A stretch of DNA of 64,000 nt from Centroscyllium fabricii (lineage: Eukaryota). Below the pieces are notes generated by a model. The model saw only the letters and a program-made list of their open reading frames with translations. It was not told where the DNA came from and ran no database searches. Shown piece after piece: positions 25,718-38,500 of this stretch. Where the stretch lies: positions 182,094,001 through 182,158,000 of the forward strand of contig JBNRSN020000007.1 of NCBI GenBank assembly GCA_051313645.2, written 5' to 3'. How positions within the stretch are numbered: position 1 is the first letter of the stretch; each line of letters opens with the position of its first letter. Position numbers and translations under genes: made by a program.

Positions 25718-26679
25718 AACACATTTTAGTCCCAGGTTGGTTATCCTGTATTCACTTTAGGCAGTCCAACCTGTTAGAACAGTGGGGAGTGTCGTTGCTG
25801 ACAAAGGATCAGGAGACAAGCCACAGATAACCGATTATAAGCCCAATAATCACAGCAGTAAGCAACTAAAGTGCTTGTTGAGACAGTAGTCTTGCAATAC
25901 AGGTGCAGATCAACAACTAACAACTAACATGCAATTAAACAAAGTGAGATTTGATACAGACCTTCCAAATCACCTTCACTTCAAAGGCAACACTATAATT
26001 TGTGATGATGATGATGGAGGTGCCGGTGTTGGACTGGGGTGGACAAATGCAAGAAGTTACACAACACCAGGTTATAGTCCAACAGTTTTATTTGAAATCA
26101 CAAGCTTTCAGAGCGCTGCTCCTTCATCAGGTGTAAGAAAAATTCATCTAAACACAGCTGTGTGTGACTTCTTGCATAATTTGTGATCACATACCTTTTT
26201 AACATGTGTGCACTTGTATCATCACAGTTAGCTGGTAGATTCTTATCAAACAGAATAAAGGGGGTTTGTGCACTTGGCCAAACCTCCTTTCCTCCCCCCT
26301 CCCCCTCACTCAGAGTGCTCCTCAGGTCAGAAGATTTGTACATACAACTTAGGGACTCTTAATCACCTCTGCCCACTGCCCTTGCCCAACCCAAGGCCCA
26401 GTCTGCAACTGGCAGCTCCGGTTTTGGTTTTTCTTTATGAAGTGTATTACCTTGCTCTGAAAGAGGTGTCAATGACATCCTTGGCTTGTGAGTCTTTGCC
26501 ATAATCATTGACAACAACACAGCTGCAGGTGCCTATTCTCAGTCTATTTTGCACAGGCGTACCCACTCAGTTGCGTGTTGTCATCAACCTTAATCAGATT
26601 GATCTAATGCTCTACCAAGTTAACATACTGTATCTCATCTATTACCTGCCACAACATACAAGTGGGCTTTTCCTTTGTC

Positions 26680-27340
26680 CAGTGGTAGGTCTCGCACCTC
26701 GGAGTCAGAAGGTTCCACTCCAGAGACTTGAACGCATAATCTAGGCTGACTCTTCAGTGCAGCACTGAGGGAGTGCTGCACGGTCAGAGGTGCCATCTTT
26801 CGGATAAGATGTTAAACCGAGGCCCCATCTGCCCTCTCAGGTGACTGCAACAAGATCCTATGACATTATTTGAAGAGGAGGAGGGGGGCGTTCTCTCCGG
26901 TGTCCTGGCCAATATTTATCCCCCAACCAACATCACTAATACAGATATAACAACAGAAAATGCTGGAAAAACTCAGCAGGCCAGGCAACATCCGTGGAGA
27001 AAGAGTCGACGTTATGGGTTAGGACCCTTTGTCAAGACTTTTTTTAGTCTCGACAAAGGGTCCTAACCTGTAACGTCGACTCTATTTCTCTCCATGGATG
27101 TTGTCTGGCCTGCTGAGTTTGTCCAGCATTTTCTGTTGTTATTTTGGATTGCCAGCATCCGCAGTATTTTGCTATCACTAAAACAGATTATCTGGTCATT
27201 ATCACATTGCTGTTTGTGAGAACTTGCTGCGCACAAAATTGGCTGCAGCATTTCTCACATGACAACAGTGACCAAACTTCAAAAAGTACTTCCCTTGACT
27301 GTAAAGCGCTTTGGGACGTCCCGAGGTGGGAGATACAAGC
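26680..27340 (+). mobile_element. Deu-domain (SacSINE1/AmnSINE-like) SINE interrupted by a Penelope-derived fold-back (~26947-27174)
   Basis: CTAGGCTGAC...GAGGGAGTGCTGCA...GTTAAACCGAGGCCCC...GTGTCCTGGCCAA core; ATCACTAA-ACAGAT duplicated around the insert. Confidence 0.7.
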
Positions 27341-27378
27341 CCTGTTCCTGGGACCAGGGACAGGGTCACTGGCAGGGC

Positions 27379-27451
27379 TTGGAAGCTAAGCAGAGCCAGG
27401 CCTGGTTAGTACTTGGATGGGTGACCACCAGGGAATACCAGGTGCAGAAGG
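27379..27451 (+). pseudogene. 5S rRNA-derived fragment (3' part containing the internal control region)
   Basis: GGAAGCTAAGCAGAGCCAGGCCTGGTTAGTACTTGGATGGGTGACCACCAGGGAATACCAGGTGCAGAAGG follows the 3' part of vertebrate 5S rRNA with substitutions; 5' part and T-run terminator absent. Confidence 0.85.
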
Positions 27452-27718
27452 TCACAAAAGGAGCCCCGGGGAGGGGCGGTTGGCTGAAGATTGTCGGAAT
27501 GATGGAATGGCGGCGCGCACAGACACAGCGGCTTTGCTGGACTCTTGGGAACTTGCAAGATCACATTTCGTTGTTCATGTACTTGTACATTGTATAATGA
27601 CAATAAAGTTGAATTATTATTATTATTATTAAGTCTCGCTTCATTTATATAAATGCAAGTTGTTTTTGTCCAGCGCCTTTACAGCTTCAGGGAGAGTGGA
27701 GGTCTGCGCTGAACTCAC

Positions 27719-27838
27719 CTTCATCACCCACTTGTTGTAGAAGGTGATCCCTATGGAGAAGCAGTAGTAGAAGAGCACCAGGATAACAGTAAGCAGGGTT
27801 TTCCTCAGGAAGGACAGGCACAGGACCAGCTCACTCAT
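27719..27838 (-). CDS. SLC35C2: SLC35C2 coding exon 1 (solute carrier 35 nucleotide-sugar transporter family)
   Basis: ATG at 27838; MSELVLCLSFLRKTLLTVILVLFYYCFSIGITFYNKWVMK resembles the SLC35C2 N-terminus (YYCFSIGITFYNKW); ends at AAG|GTGAGT donor; 120 nt. Confidence 0.93.
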
Positions 27839-27839
27839 G

Positions 27840-28330
27840 GCCCAGCTCCTCCTGCTGCTCTTCCTCTGATGATGATGACTGCCCGGGATCTCCAGTCCGG
27901 CCCACTCAGGGCTCGGCAGCGACCCCGGCCTGGTGCTGGTGCTGGTGCTGGTGCTCCGCCGGCCGGCCTGGTGCTGCTCCTGGTCCGGGTGCCTCGCTCG
28001 CCCGCCGGCCAACCTGGCCCTCCAGGCCGCGGCTGCCAGGAGACGCCGGCTTCCCCGCGCCTGTCACTCACTGACGTGGCCGGCCAGCCCGCCCCGCACA
28101 GTGCCATGGGAGGAGGTACCTTACCATTAACATTAAAATCTCCTCCGATCCAACAATCGGCCCGCTCCTTCTCAGAAAGTTATCTATTGTCGCTTTCAAT
28201 CTTTATTCATGCGAACGGATGGCACTCTTTGGCCCGTTCCTTTTTCATTTAACGAACGAAAACTTGTCCCCGGCAGTCCGCCATGTTGGTGAGGTCAAGC
28301 ATTGCGCCTGCGCTGTCAGGGCAGTGGGAG
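27840..28330 (-). promoter_or_regulatory. CpG-rich SLC35C2 promoter/5' UTR region
   Basis: GC/CpG-rich and non-repetitive, just upstream of the ATG; NRF1-like TGCGCCTGCGC ~28304, YY1-like AACATGGCGG ~28278-28287, TGACGTGG 28072-28079, candidate donor TG|GTAAG at 28125/28124. Confidence 0.65.
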
Positions 28331-28780
28331 GAGGATGGAGATTTACTACAGCACAGAAACAGGCCATTCGGCCCAACTGGTCTATGCCAGCATTTTTGCT
28401 CCATGTGAGCCTCCTCCCATCTCACCCTATCAGCTTATCCTTCTATTCCTTTCTACACCGTGTGTTGATCCGTCTTCTCATTAAATTCATCACTGCTATT
28501 TGCCTCAACTGCACCTTGTGGTAGCAAATTCCAAATTCTAACCGCTCTCTGGGTAAAGAAGTGTCTCCAGAATTACCAAAGGAACAGCCCCTCATCTTTC
28601 GATTAGGCACTTTACAGCCTTCTAAACTCAACATTGAGTTCAACAATTTCAGACTTATAACCTCTGCCCCTATTTTTTCACATGGCAGCTGTTGGTGATT
28701 CTGCCATCCCCATTTGCAATATTTAACTGCTCCTGCCTTCCACCCTAGCACAGATAGTTCCTTTTGTTCTTTCTTCCCCT

Positions 28781-31700
28781 TGTAGGGGTTATCTAACCTC
28801 CTACCTAAAGTTTTTACCAAAGAGACGCAGTGCACGGGTAAAACAGGTCTTTAATCTTGAACTCCATACAACAACTGTTGGAAAAGAGCACGAAGCATTG
28901 TGGGAAAAGAGATGGAAAGTTCCTTAGGCCACTCAGGAACCAGGACAGGGACGCCGGCTGCCCAATAGGGAAATGTAGGTGGGACTGACTGTGAAATGGG
29001 GATTGTGGCTTGAAGGGAAGACCCAGGGACTTCCCCGGATAGCTATGCTACATACGCCCTCCCAGAATCCTCATGAACGTGGTAGGTCAACCTCCGAGCG
29101 GGCTTGACCAGGCGGCCGGAGAGTGTGTGATAGCCCGCGGGTGTGGGTGAGGCGAGGCCGGGTGTGCCACGGCCGGGGCTGAGGGTCTGCCGGGGCGCCG
29201 AAGTGGGGGGCGAAACTGGCGTGGGAACCGGGGGCGGTGCGGGCGACGGGACTCTATTGGTGAGTTCGACTGGGGCTGGGCCCGGTGGAGGCTCATTTGT
29301 GGAGGAAGAGAACTCAACGCGGGGACCCGAAGGACATTGATCAGGCTGAGTGGAATCCAAGTGGGCCGCTTTGAGCCTGTCAATGGAAACGAGGTCCCGT
29401 CTACCACCGACCGCGAGGACGAAAGCTTTGTCGCCCGCTTCCAGGACGCGGAAGGGACCTGTGTACGGCGCCTGTAAGGGTGGCTTGTGTGCGTTGCGGC
29501 AAACGAACAGGAACTGGGCCTGGCGGAGCTCGATGGGCAGGTGGGACGACCGGACCCCATGCGACGCAGTGGGCATGGGGAGAAAATGATGGGCGGCGTC
29601 ATTGTGTCGAGCTAGCTGTTCGCCTGCCGACCAACCCTCATTGACGGAGGGAAGGAACTCCCCGGGGATGCGCAGGGGTTGTCCTAGGACTAGTTCGGCC
29701 AAAGACACGCTGAGGTCATCTTTAGGTGCCGATCACAATCCGAGCAGGACCCAAGGGAGTCTGTCGAGCCAGTTGGCATCGGACAAGTTGGCGCGGAGCG
29801 AGGCCTTGAGGGCGCGGTGGAACCGTTCGCATAAACCGTTGGCCTGGGGGTGGTAGGCCGTAGTGCAGTGCAACTTAGTCCCCAGGCCTACGGCAAAGGC
29901 GCCCCACAGTTGGGAAGTGAACTGCGGGCCCCTGTCAGAGGTTATGTCCGATGGGACCCTGAACCGGGCTACCCAGGCAAAGATGAAGGCGCGTGCCACA
30001 TCGGCCGTGGTAGTGGAGGACAGGGGTACGACCTCCGGCCACCTGGTGCTGCGGTCGACAATGGTGAGGAGGTGCGTGAATCCCTGTGAGGGGTGTAAGG
30101 GGCCGACCAAATCCACATGGACGTGGTCAAACCTGCGCTCGGGGACCGGGAAGTGTTGCAGGGGGGGCCTTGGTGTGTTGGTGCACCTTGGCGCGCTGGC
30201 CATCGGGACAGCTGTTAGTCCAGTCCCTAACGTCCTTGTGCAGGCCGGGCCACACAAATTTAGACGACATCAGCTTCTGGGAAGCTCGCATGCCCGGATG
30301 GGAAAGACTGTGGACCAGGTCGAAAATGCGCCTGCGCCACGAGGTGGGCACTAACGGCCTGCGATAGGCCACGGAAGTGTCACATAAGAGTGTCGTGCCA
30401 GCTGCCTGGAAATGAATGTCCACCAGGGTTAGGCCGGTGGGCGCAGAACAAAGAGACTGCAGTTCAGCATCTGCCCGCTGAGCCTGTGCCATGTCCGCGT
30501 AGTCGACACCGACCTGGGGGAAGGCCGGGAGACGCAGTCGGCTACGACATTGTTCTTGCCGGACGCGTGGCGGATGTCGGTGGTAAATTCTGAAATAAAA
30601 TTTAGGTGGCACTGTTGGCGCCCTGACCAGGGTTCCGTGACCTTGGCCATGCAAAAATGAGGGGTTTATGGTCTACATAGGCAGTGAACGGGCGGCCCTC
30701 CAGCAGGAAATGAAAATGCCGCACCGCGAGAAAAAGAGCCAGCAGCTCCCGATCGAAGGTGCTGTAGGCGAGCTCGTTTTTCCGCAGTTGGCGGCTAAAA
30801 ATTGCGAGGGGCTGCCAGGCACCGTCCACCCACTGTTGCTGCACAGCGCCTATGGCGTGATCCGAGGTGTCGGTGGTGAGTGCCAGGGGAGTGCCTGGGA
30901 TGGGATGGGCCAAAAGGGTGGCTTCCGCCAAGGCTGCCATGGCTAGGCTAAAAGCCTTAGCCATGTCGGCCATCCAGGACAAATTGTCCTTGCTGGTCTT
31001 GCCCCTGGTGGCCTCGTACAAGGGGCGCATGATGGCGGCAGCGTTGGGGAGGAAACGGTAGTTTATCATCCCTAGAAATTCCTCGAGCGCCTTAACCGAG
31101 TTGGGCTGGGGAAAATCCGTGACCGTTTGCACCTTAGCCGGCAACGGAATGGCCCCGGTGGTGGAGATGTGGTGCCCCAAAAAAATCGATCTCAGCTAAG
31201 CCGAGTTGGCACTTCACCAGATTAATAATCAGGCCATGATGGGCAAATCTCTGAAAGAGGGAACGCAAATGCACAACATGTTCTGACTTGTTCGCGCTCG
31301 CAACCAATATATCATCCAGATACACATACAAAAAGTCCAAGTCCTGAAGGACAGAGTCCATTTGGTGTTGGAAAACCTGCGCCGCATTTTTTAACCCGAA
31401 GGGCATGCTGAGGAATTCAAAGAGTCCGAAAGGGGTGATAACCGCCGTCTTCGGCATGTCGTCTGGATGGACCGGAACCTGGTGGTATCCCCTGATGAAG
31501 TCGACCTTGGAAAAGATCGACTTGCCCGCCAGGTGCGCTGAAAAGTCTTGAATATGTGGTACCGGGTATCTGTCCGGCATAGTGGCATCATTGAGGCGTC
31601 TGTAATCCTCGCATGGGCGCCATCCGCCACCGGATTTGGGGACGATGTGGAGCAGGGACGACTATGGGCTGTTGGAGGGGCGGATGATTCCCAGCTCCTG

Positions 31701-33289
31701 CATCACTGAGAACTCTTCCTTGGCCACCGCCATTTTGGTGGGGTCCAGGCGCCTGGCTCGGGCGAAAACCGGTGGGCCCGTAGTGCTGATGTGGTGCTGG
31801 ACGCCGTGCTTGGCCGCCACTGCCGAAAACGTTGGTTGCGTGATGCCGGGGAACTTACCCAGTAGCCTTGCGTATTTGTCGCGGGGCGGAGAAGAGCAGG
31901 AGCTCACGAGGGTCTGGCTGTTGCTCCGTTGGCAGGGCAGGGAGGCGAAAGTTGAAGCATCCATGAAGCGGCTACCTCGGATGTCCACGAGTAGGCCGTG
32001 GGCACACAAAAAATCTGCACCGAGCAGTGGTTGTTCCACTGCGGCTGTGAAAAAGTCCCATGTGAACCTCTGGCCGCCGAGGCATATCTCTGCTCGGCGT
32101 TTACCAAAGGTGGTAATGGCGGCGCCGTTGACCGCGACGAGGGGTAGACCGGTGTGGCCGGCCTGTCGGTCGAGCTGCGTGGCCGGGAGGATGCTGCATT
32201 GGGCTCCGGTGTCGCAGAGTAATCTGTGCCCGGAGAGAGAGTCAGTGACGAAAAGCAGCTTTCCTGCTGCGCCGACAGCGTTTGCAGCGGCTGGGCCTTG
32301 TCGGCAGCGTGGTGCTGCCGCAGCTTGATTGGGCACGAAGGAGGAAGGCGGTCTGGAGTGCTGGGCCTGCGGGCCAAACCGTGCGTGGTAGTAGCAGAGG
32401 CCCGACTGCGGGTGTGGCATAGGCCTGCGCGTGGGCGGAGAGAGCCTCGTGGCTGCGCAATCTGCGGTCACAGAGTTGGATGCGGTCTGCCGCAACAGCC
32501 TACTCTGCGTAGGTTAGGCCTTCTGCATTGGCCAAGGCTGTTTGCACCGGCTGTGGCAGCATGCTGATGAACAGCGCCCAAAATAAGGGGCAGTTTTTGT
32601 GGCCGCCGAGGAGGGCCAGAATACGATTCATAAGGCGCATGGGGGTAGAGTCACCCAGTCCCGAAAGTTCGAGGAGCTGCCGGGCCCGCACATCCTCAGG
32701 CAGGTCGTGGGCCTGTAGCAGGCATTCTTTCAAGGCCCCGTACCTGTTATCACGCGGCGGTAGCCGCAGTAGATCAACAATGTCCGTGGCGACGTGGCTG
32801 GGCAGGGCTGCCACGACGAGGAGGTAGTGGTCGGCATCATTGTTGAGTCGCTGGAGCTCAAATTGGGCCTCCGCCTGGAGGAACCAAGCGGCCGCTTGGT
32901 GTTCTCAGAAGGCTGAGGTTCCACGGCCGTTTGGCGGCTGGGCTCGGGGGGCGGCCGCGGTTTGCGCGTTCGGGTCAGGCAGTTAGCTGTCTGACATTGG
33001 GGTCACCAATTGTAGGGGTTATCCAACCTCCTACCTAAAGTTTTTACCAAAAAGACGCAGTGCACCGGAGCACGGGTAAAACAGGTCTTTAATCTTGAAC
33101 TCCATACAACGACTGTTGGAAAAGAGCGCAAAAGCGCGAAGCATTGTGGGAAAAGAGATGGACAGTTCCTTGGGCCACTCAGGAACCAGGACAGGGACGC
33201 CGGCTGCCCAGTAGGGAAATATAGGCGGGACCGACTGTGAAATGGGGATTGTGGCTTAAAGGGAAGACCCAGGGACTTCCCCGGGTACA
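28781..33289 (-). mobile_element. Gypsy element A, CsRN1/Kabuki-like, degenerate full-length
   Basis: LTRs 28781-29052 and 33011-33289, TSD CCCT, PBS TGGTGACCCC (tRNA-Trp), PPT; gag CYYHARFG motif, CDTGA, YLDD, RNase H and IN, with many frameshifts. Confidence 0.92.
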
Positions 33290-33347
33290 CCCTCCCCCTT
33301 TCCCTGCCTCTGCACCTGCTTAAAACCTGTTCGATCTACCTTTTTCC

Positions 33348-33384
33348 AGTTCTGACGAAGGGTGACAGACCTGAAACGTTAACT
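33348..33384 (+). ncRNA. Minimal type I hammerhead ribozyme motif in a Penelope terminal repeat
   Basis: AGUU-CUGACGA-A-GGGU/ACCU stem-GAAA-CG-UU-AACU; palindromic AACGUU helix III. Confidence 0.65.
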
Positions 33385-34236
33385 CTGTTTCTCTCTCTAC
33401 AGATGCTGCCTGGCCTGCTGAGTGTTTCCAGCATTTTCTGTTATTCCAGAATTCTCTATTGGATTTAGTGACTACCTTATATTTGTGGCCCCAAGTTTTG
33501 GTCTCCCCCCACAAGTGGAAACATCTTCTCTACATCTGCCCTATCAAACCCTTTCATGATCTTAAAGATCTCTATCAGGTCACCCCTCCGCCTTCTCTTT
33601 TTAAATATGATGCAATGGTGCTTTATTATTCAAGGGTGACGCACATTAAAATGGTTCAGATGTTTAAACCTAAATGAGTGCTTGTCACTTGACTCCTAAT
33701 GGGTGATACAAAGCAGGTTTGTTGCAGGGCACTTAATTCATTATTAAATGCAAATTAGCTCCTGTATTTGCCTGCATAACAGTGACCTCACTTCAAAAAA
33801 TAATCCACCACTTGTAAAAAAAACACACACTTTGATGATACCATCAGGTGCTGTATCAAAGCAAAATGCAATGTCTGGTGATGTTCACTGATCGTGATAT
33901 GTGGGTTTTGTTTTTGCAGCTATTACCAGGGTCTCGAAAAGAAAGACCTGCATTTCTACAGCACCTTTCACAACCTCAGGACCTCCCAAAGCACTTTACA
34001 GCCAATGAAGTACTTTTAAAGTTTAGTCACTGTTGTAATGTAGGAAATGTGACAGCTAACTTGTGCACAGCAAGCTCCCACAAACAGCAATGTGCCAGTC
34101 TCTTTTCAGTGATATTATTTAGGGATAAATGTTGGCCATGACACCGGGAAGTACTGCCCTTCTTCAAATAGTGCCACGGGGCCTTTTACATCGACCCGAG
34201 AGGGCGGATAATCTAGGCTGACACTCCATTACAATA

Positions 34237-34570
34237 CAGGTCTGGCACCGTTAATCCGGACACCGGTAATCCGCTAACTTCAGTCGTCCGGAACGAATCC
34301 GGCCGATTGGTCTGCGCATGTGCGAAATGGCCATGCTCGATGCTTCAGCGAGCGCATGCGCAGACAATTCAAAATGGCCACCGGCCTTTGTGGCAGTCAT
34401 TTTCGATGGTCCCAAATGATCGATGCTTCGGCGAGCGCATGCGCAGACCATTCAAAATGGCCACCGGCCTTCTCATGCGCATGCGCTCGCCGAAGCTTCG
34501 ATCGTTCGGAGTTTTCACTTGTCCGGCACTGGCCTGGTCCCGAGGGTGCCGGATTAACGGTACTCAACTG
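34237..34570. mobile_element. Tigger-like MITE inserted in a Deu-type SINE
   Basis: TA-CAGGTCTGGCACCGTTAATCCGG ... CCGGATTAACGGTACTCAACTG-TA; internal GCGCATGCGC repeats. Confidence 0.75.
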
Positions 34571-34807
34571 TACTGAGGGAGTGCTACTTTGTCGGAGGTG
34601 CCATCTTTTGGATGAGATGTTAAACTATTTAACAGCTCATTAGAAAGACAGCACCTCCGACAGTGCAGCACTCCCTCAGTACTGCACTCAAATGCCAGAT
34701 GAGATCATAGGCTTATGTCTCTGGAGAGGGGCTTGAACCCACATGACCTTCTGATTCAGGCGAGGCCAAGGCTGACATTCTAGACTCCTGAGGCATCTCA
34801 AAATCCA

Positions 34808-35053
34808 TGACGTATCGTCAATCAAACACGAAAGACGAGTAGTTACCCAAACTACAGGCTTTTATTCACTTACAATGGAGCTAGTCTCCTGTCGAGTTCA
34901 AGGCGAGAATGAGCGGGGGCAGGGCGGCCCTCACCTATATGCTCCCACCTGAGGGGAGGAGTTAGAGGTGTGGCTGACCTGGCCTTGCACACAATGTACA
35001 GAGCTGAAGGTGAACACATCCATATATATACACTGGTAATTACGGTTACCACA
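34808..35053 (-). mobile_element. Solo LTR related to element D
   Basis: TGACGTATCG...GGTTACCACA, 5-bp TSD ATCCA on both sides. Confidence 0.9.
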
Positions 35054-35590
35054 ATCCATTTCTGAAAACTGCACTTTAGGGCAGGTAAGCCCTGCTCCAG
35101 AATGCACCACACGCAGGAGTTTGAAAAGGTGACCAATTTTGATGTGTGTTCTCCAAAAATAAAGCAACGCCTACACAGTTTTCAAACAGCTGTATAGATT
35201 AAATGGATTTGTGGCCTGTTCACGCTCTTGGCCAGAAATTGCACTCCTAACCTCTCCCAAGTGCTCCTTATTTCACTGGAGGGTTTGATATTTCCAAAAG
35301 CAAAATACTGTGGATGCTGGGAATCTGAAATAAAAACAGAAAACGCAGGAAATACTCAGCAGGTCAGGCAGCATCTGTGAAGAGAGAAACAGAGTTAATG
35401 TTTCAGGTCTGTAGTGAGCAATGCACTTGTTGCTCCTGGTTCATTTCCTGCTAAGCAAATGTTGATGGGGTGGAGCAGACTTTGGCCAGCAATTGGGCAC
35501 ATAATGTAAATTTAGGATAAAACCAGAAATGCTGGAAACCCTCAGCGGGTGGAGAGAGAAAACCGAGTTAACGTTTCAGGTCGTTGACCT

Positions 35591-38500
35591 TGTGACCGAA
35601 ATAACGACCTCGTGGACGAGTAGTTAGATAGAGAAACAATGCGGCTTTTATTCACTAAAGGTGGGACATACACCAGCTAGTCGACTGTCCCCAGGAATGG
35701 CCGGGGGATGGGAGGCTGCCACTTATATACCCCTTCCAGGGAGGGAGGAGTCGTGGGCGGAGCCAACCTGGGCATGTCCCAGTAATCGTATTACTATACA
35801 GGTACAGGTATTGTGTACGATTACATCTATACATGTAGATTAACTATATACATACAATACTATGATAAACAGGTTTATCACATTCACCCCTTCTTTAAAA
35901 CAAAAGTCCGGCGGGGTGAAAGGAAAAGTTCTTAATTCATAAATTAAGTCGCTCCGGCGGTCTGGTGATCCTTGTCGAGTGTCGCACCGCTGGTGGTGTT
36001 CGTGGTCGCGGGGTGGCCGGCCGAGTCGATTGTTGTGGTGGTGCCGGTGCCGGTTGGCGAGCGGTGGTCGTTGGTAGGTTTCTGGGTGGTGGTGCCCTTG
36101 TTCTGACAGCAGGGGGCGCGCTCTCTCCTTCGTCCTCTGACTCTAGGGGGCGTGCGCTGTGGAGCCAAGCTGGGGGCCATGCCGTGCTGCTCGCAGGTGC
36201 CTTGTGGGCGTACTGGGGTACTGGGTCCACGTGCCGGGGAGCGTACCTTGGCGCCGGTGGCTGGGGAGGCGTGACTGGGCATTTTGGGTGCGCGGGCTGC
36301 TGGGCGGGGCTTCTTGGGTGCTTGGGCTGCTGGGCGGGGCTGGGTTTGGGGACTCCCGCTGGTGCCAGGTCCTTTATGGACACGGTGTCCTCCCTCCCGT
36401 CGGGGTACGCCACGTAGGCATACTGTGGATTGGCGTGCAGGAGGTGGACCCTTTCAACCAGGGGATCTGCCTTGTGTCCCCTCACGTGCTTCCGTAGTAG
36501 GACCGGTCCCGGGGATAGCAGCCACGATGGTAGCGAGGTCCCGGAAGCCGACTTCCTGGGGAAGGCAAAAAGTCTTTCGTGAGGGGTGGCATTAGTGGCA
36601 GTACACAGGAGGGACCGGATAGAGTGGAGCGCTTCGGGGAGGGCTTCCTGCCATCGGGAGACTGGGAGGCCTTTGGACCGTAGGGCTAACAGGATGGCCT
36701 TCCAGACAGTGGCGTTCTCCCTCTCTACCTGTCCGTTCCCCCGGGGGTTGTAGCTGGTAGTCCTGCTAGTCGCGATGCCTTTGGCTAGCAGAAACTGACG
36801 CAGCTCATCACTCATAAAGGACGCCCCCCGGTCACTATGGATGTAGTTGGGATAGCCGAACAGGGAGAAGATGCTATTGAGGGCTTTGATGACGGTGGCA
36901 GAGGTCATGTCCGGGCAGGGGATGGCAAAGGGGAAGCGGAAGTACTCATCAATCACGTTGAGGAAGTACACATTCCTGTTGGAGGAGGGAAGGGGCCCTT
37001 TGAAATCGACACTGAGTCGTTCAAAGGGGCGAGTGGCCTTAATCAAATGCGCCCGGTCTGGCCGGTAGAAGTGCGGCTTGCACTCCGCGCAGACCTGGCA
37101 ATTGCTGGTCGGGGTCTTGACCTCTTCGATTGAGTAGGGGAGGTTGCGGGACTTCACAAAGTGAACCAACCTGGTGCCCCCCGGGTGGCAGAGGTCATTG
37201 TGCAGGGTTTGGAGGCGGTCAGCCTGTGCGCTGGCACAGGTACCGCGGGATAGGGCGTCTGGGGGTTCGTTAAATTTCCCGGGCCGGTACAAGATATCAT
37301 AATTGAACGCAGAGAGTTCAATTCTCCACCTCAATATCTTGTTGTTCTTGATTTTACCCCGCTCTTTGTTGTTGAACATAAAAGCGACTGATCGTTGGTC
37401 AGTCAACAGTGTAAAACGCTTGCCGGCCAGGTAGTGCTTCCAGTGACGCACTGCTTCAACGATGGCCTGGGCCTCCTTCTCGACTGAGGAGTGTCGGGTC
37501 TCGGGGCCCTGGAGGGTACGCGAGAAGAAGGCCACGGGTCTGCCCACCTGGTTAAGGGTGGCGGCCAGGGCAAAGTCCGATGCATCGCTCTCAACCTGGA
37601 ACGGGACGGACTCGTCCACAGCGTTCATCGTGGCTTTAGCAATATCGTTCTTAATGCCGCAGAACGCCGAGCTGGCTTCTGCGGACAGGGGAAAAGAGGT
37701 TGATTTAAGCAGTGGGCGAGCTTTGTCCGCGTAATTGGGGACCCACTGGGCATAATAAGCAAAGAATCCCAAGCACCGTTTAAAGGCCTTGGGGGAGGGG
37801 AAGCTCCATGAGGGGGCGCATGCGGTCCGGGTCGGGACCGATGACCCCATTCTCCACAACACTGCCGAGGATGGCCAGGCGGGTGGTACTAAACACGCAC
37901 TTTTCGGTGTTATAAGTCAAATTAAGTGTTTTGGCGGTGTGGAGAAATTTCTGGAGGTTGGCGTCATGGTCCTGCTGGTCGTGGCCGCAGATGGTCACGT
38001 TATCGAGGTACGGGAAAGTGGCTCGCAGCCCGTACCGATCGACCATTCGGTCCATCTCCCTTTGGAAGACCGAGACCCCATTCGTGACGCCAAACGGGAC
38101 CCTAAGAAAGTGATAGAGGCGACCATCCGCCTCGAAGGCTGTATAGAGACGGTCCTCTGGGCGGATGGGAAGCTGGTGATAAGCGGACTTGAGATCGATG
38201 GTGGAGAACACCTTAAACTGTGCGATCTGGTTCACCATGTCCGCTATCCGGGGGAGGGGGTAGGCATCTAATTGGGTGAACCGGTTTATGGTCTGGCTGT
38301 AGTCCACAACCATCCGATTCTTCGCTCCGGTTTTGACCACCACTACCTGCGCCCTCCAGGGGCTATTACTGGCCTCGATGACCCCTTCTTTGAGGAGGCG
38401 CTGCACCACGGACTTTATAAAGTCCATGTCCCCAGCACTGTAGCGCCTGCTCTTGGTGGCGACGGGCTTGCAGTCTGGGGTGAGGTTGGCGAAGAGGGAG

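Noticed and set aside
27839-28012. 58-aa N-terminal extension of SLC35C2 in the ORF track
   Set aside because: Starts at a non-ATG codon, includes a hexamer repeat, and similarity to SLC35C2 begins at ATG 27838.
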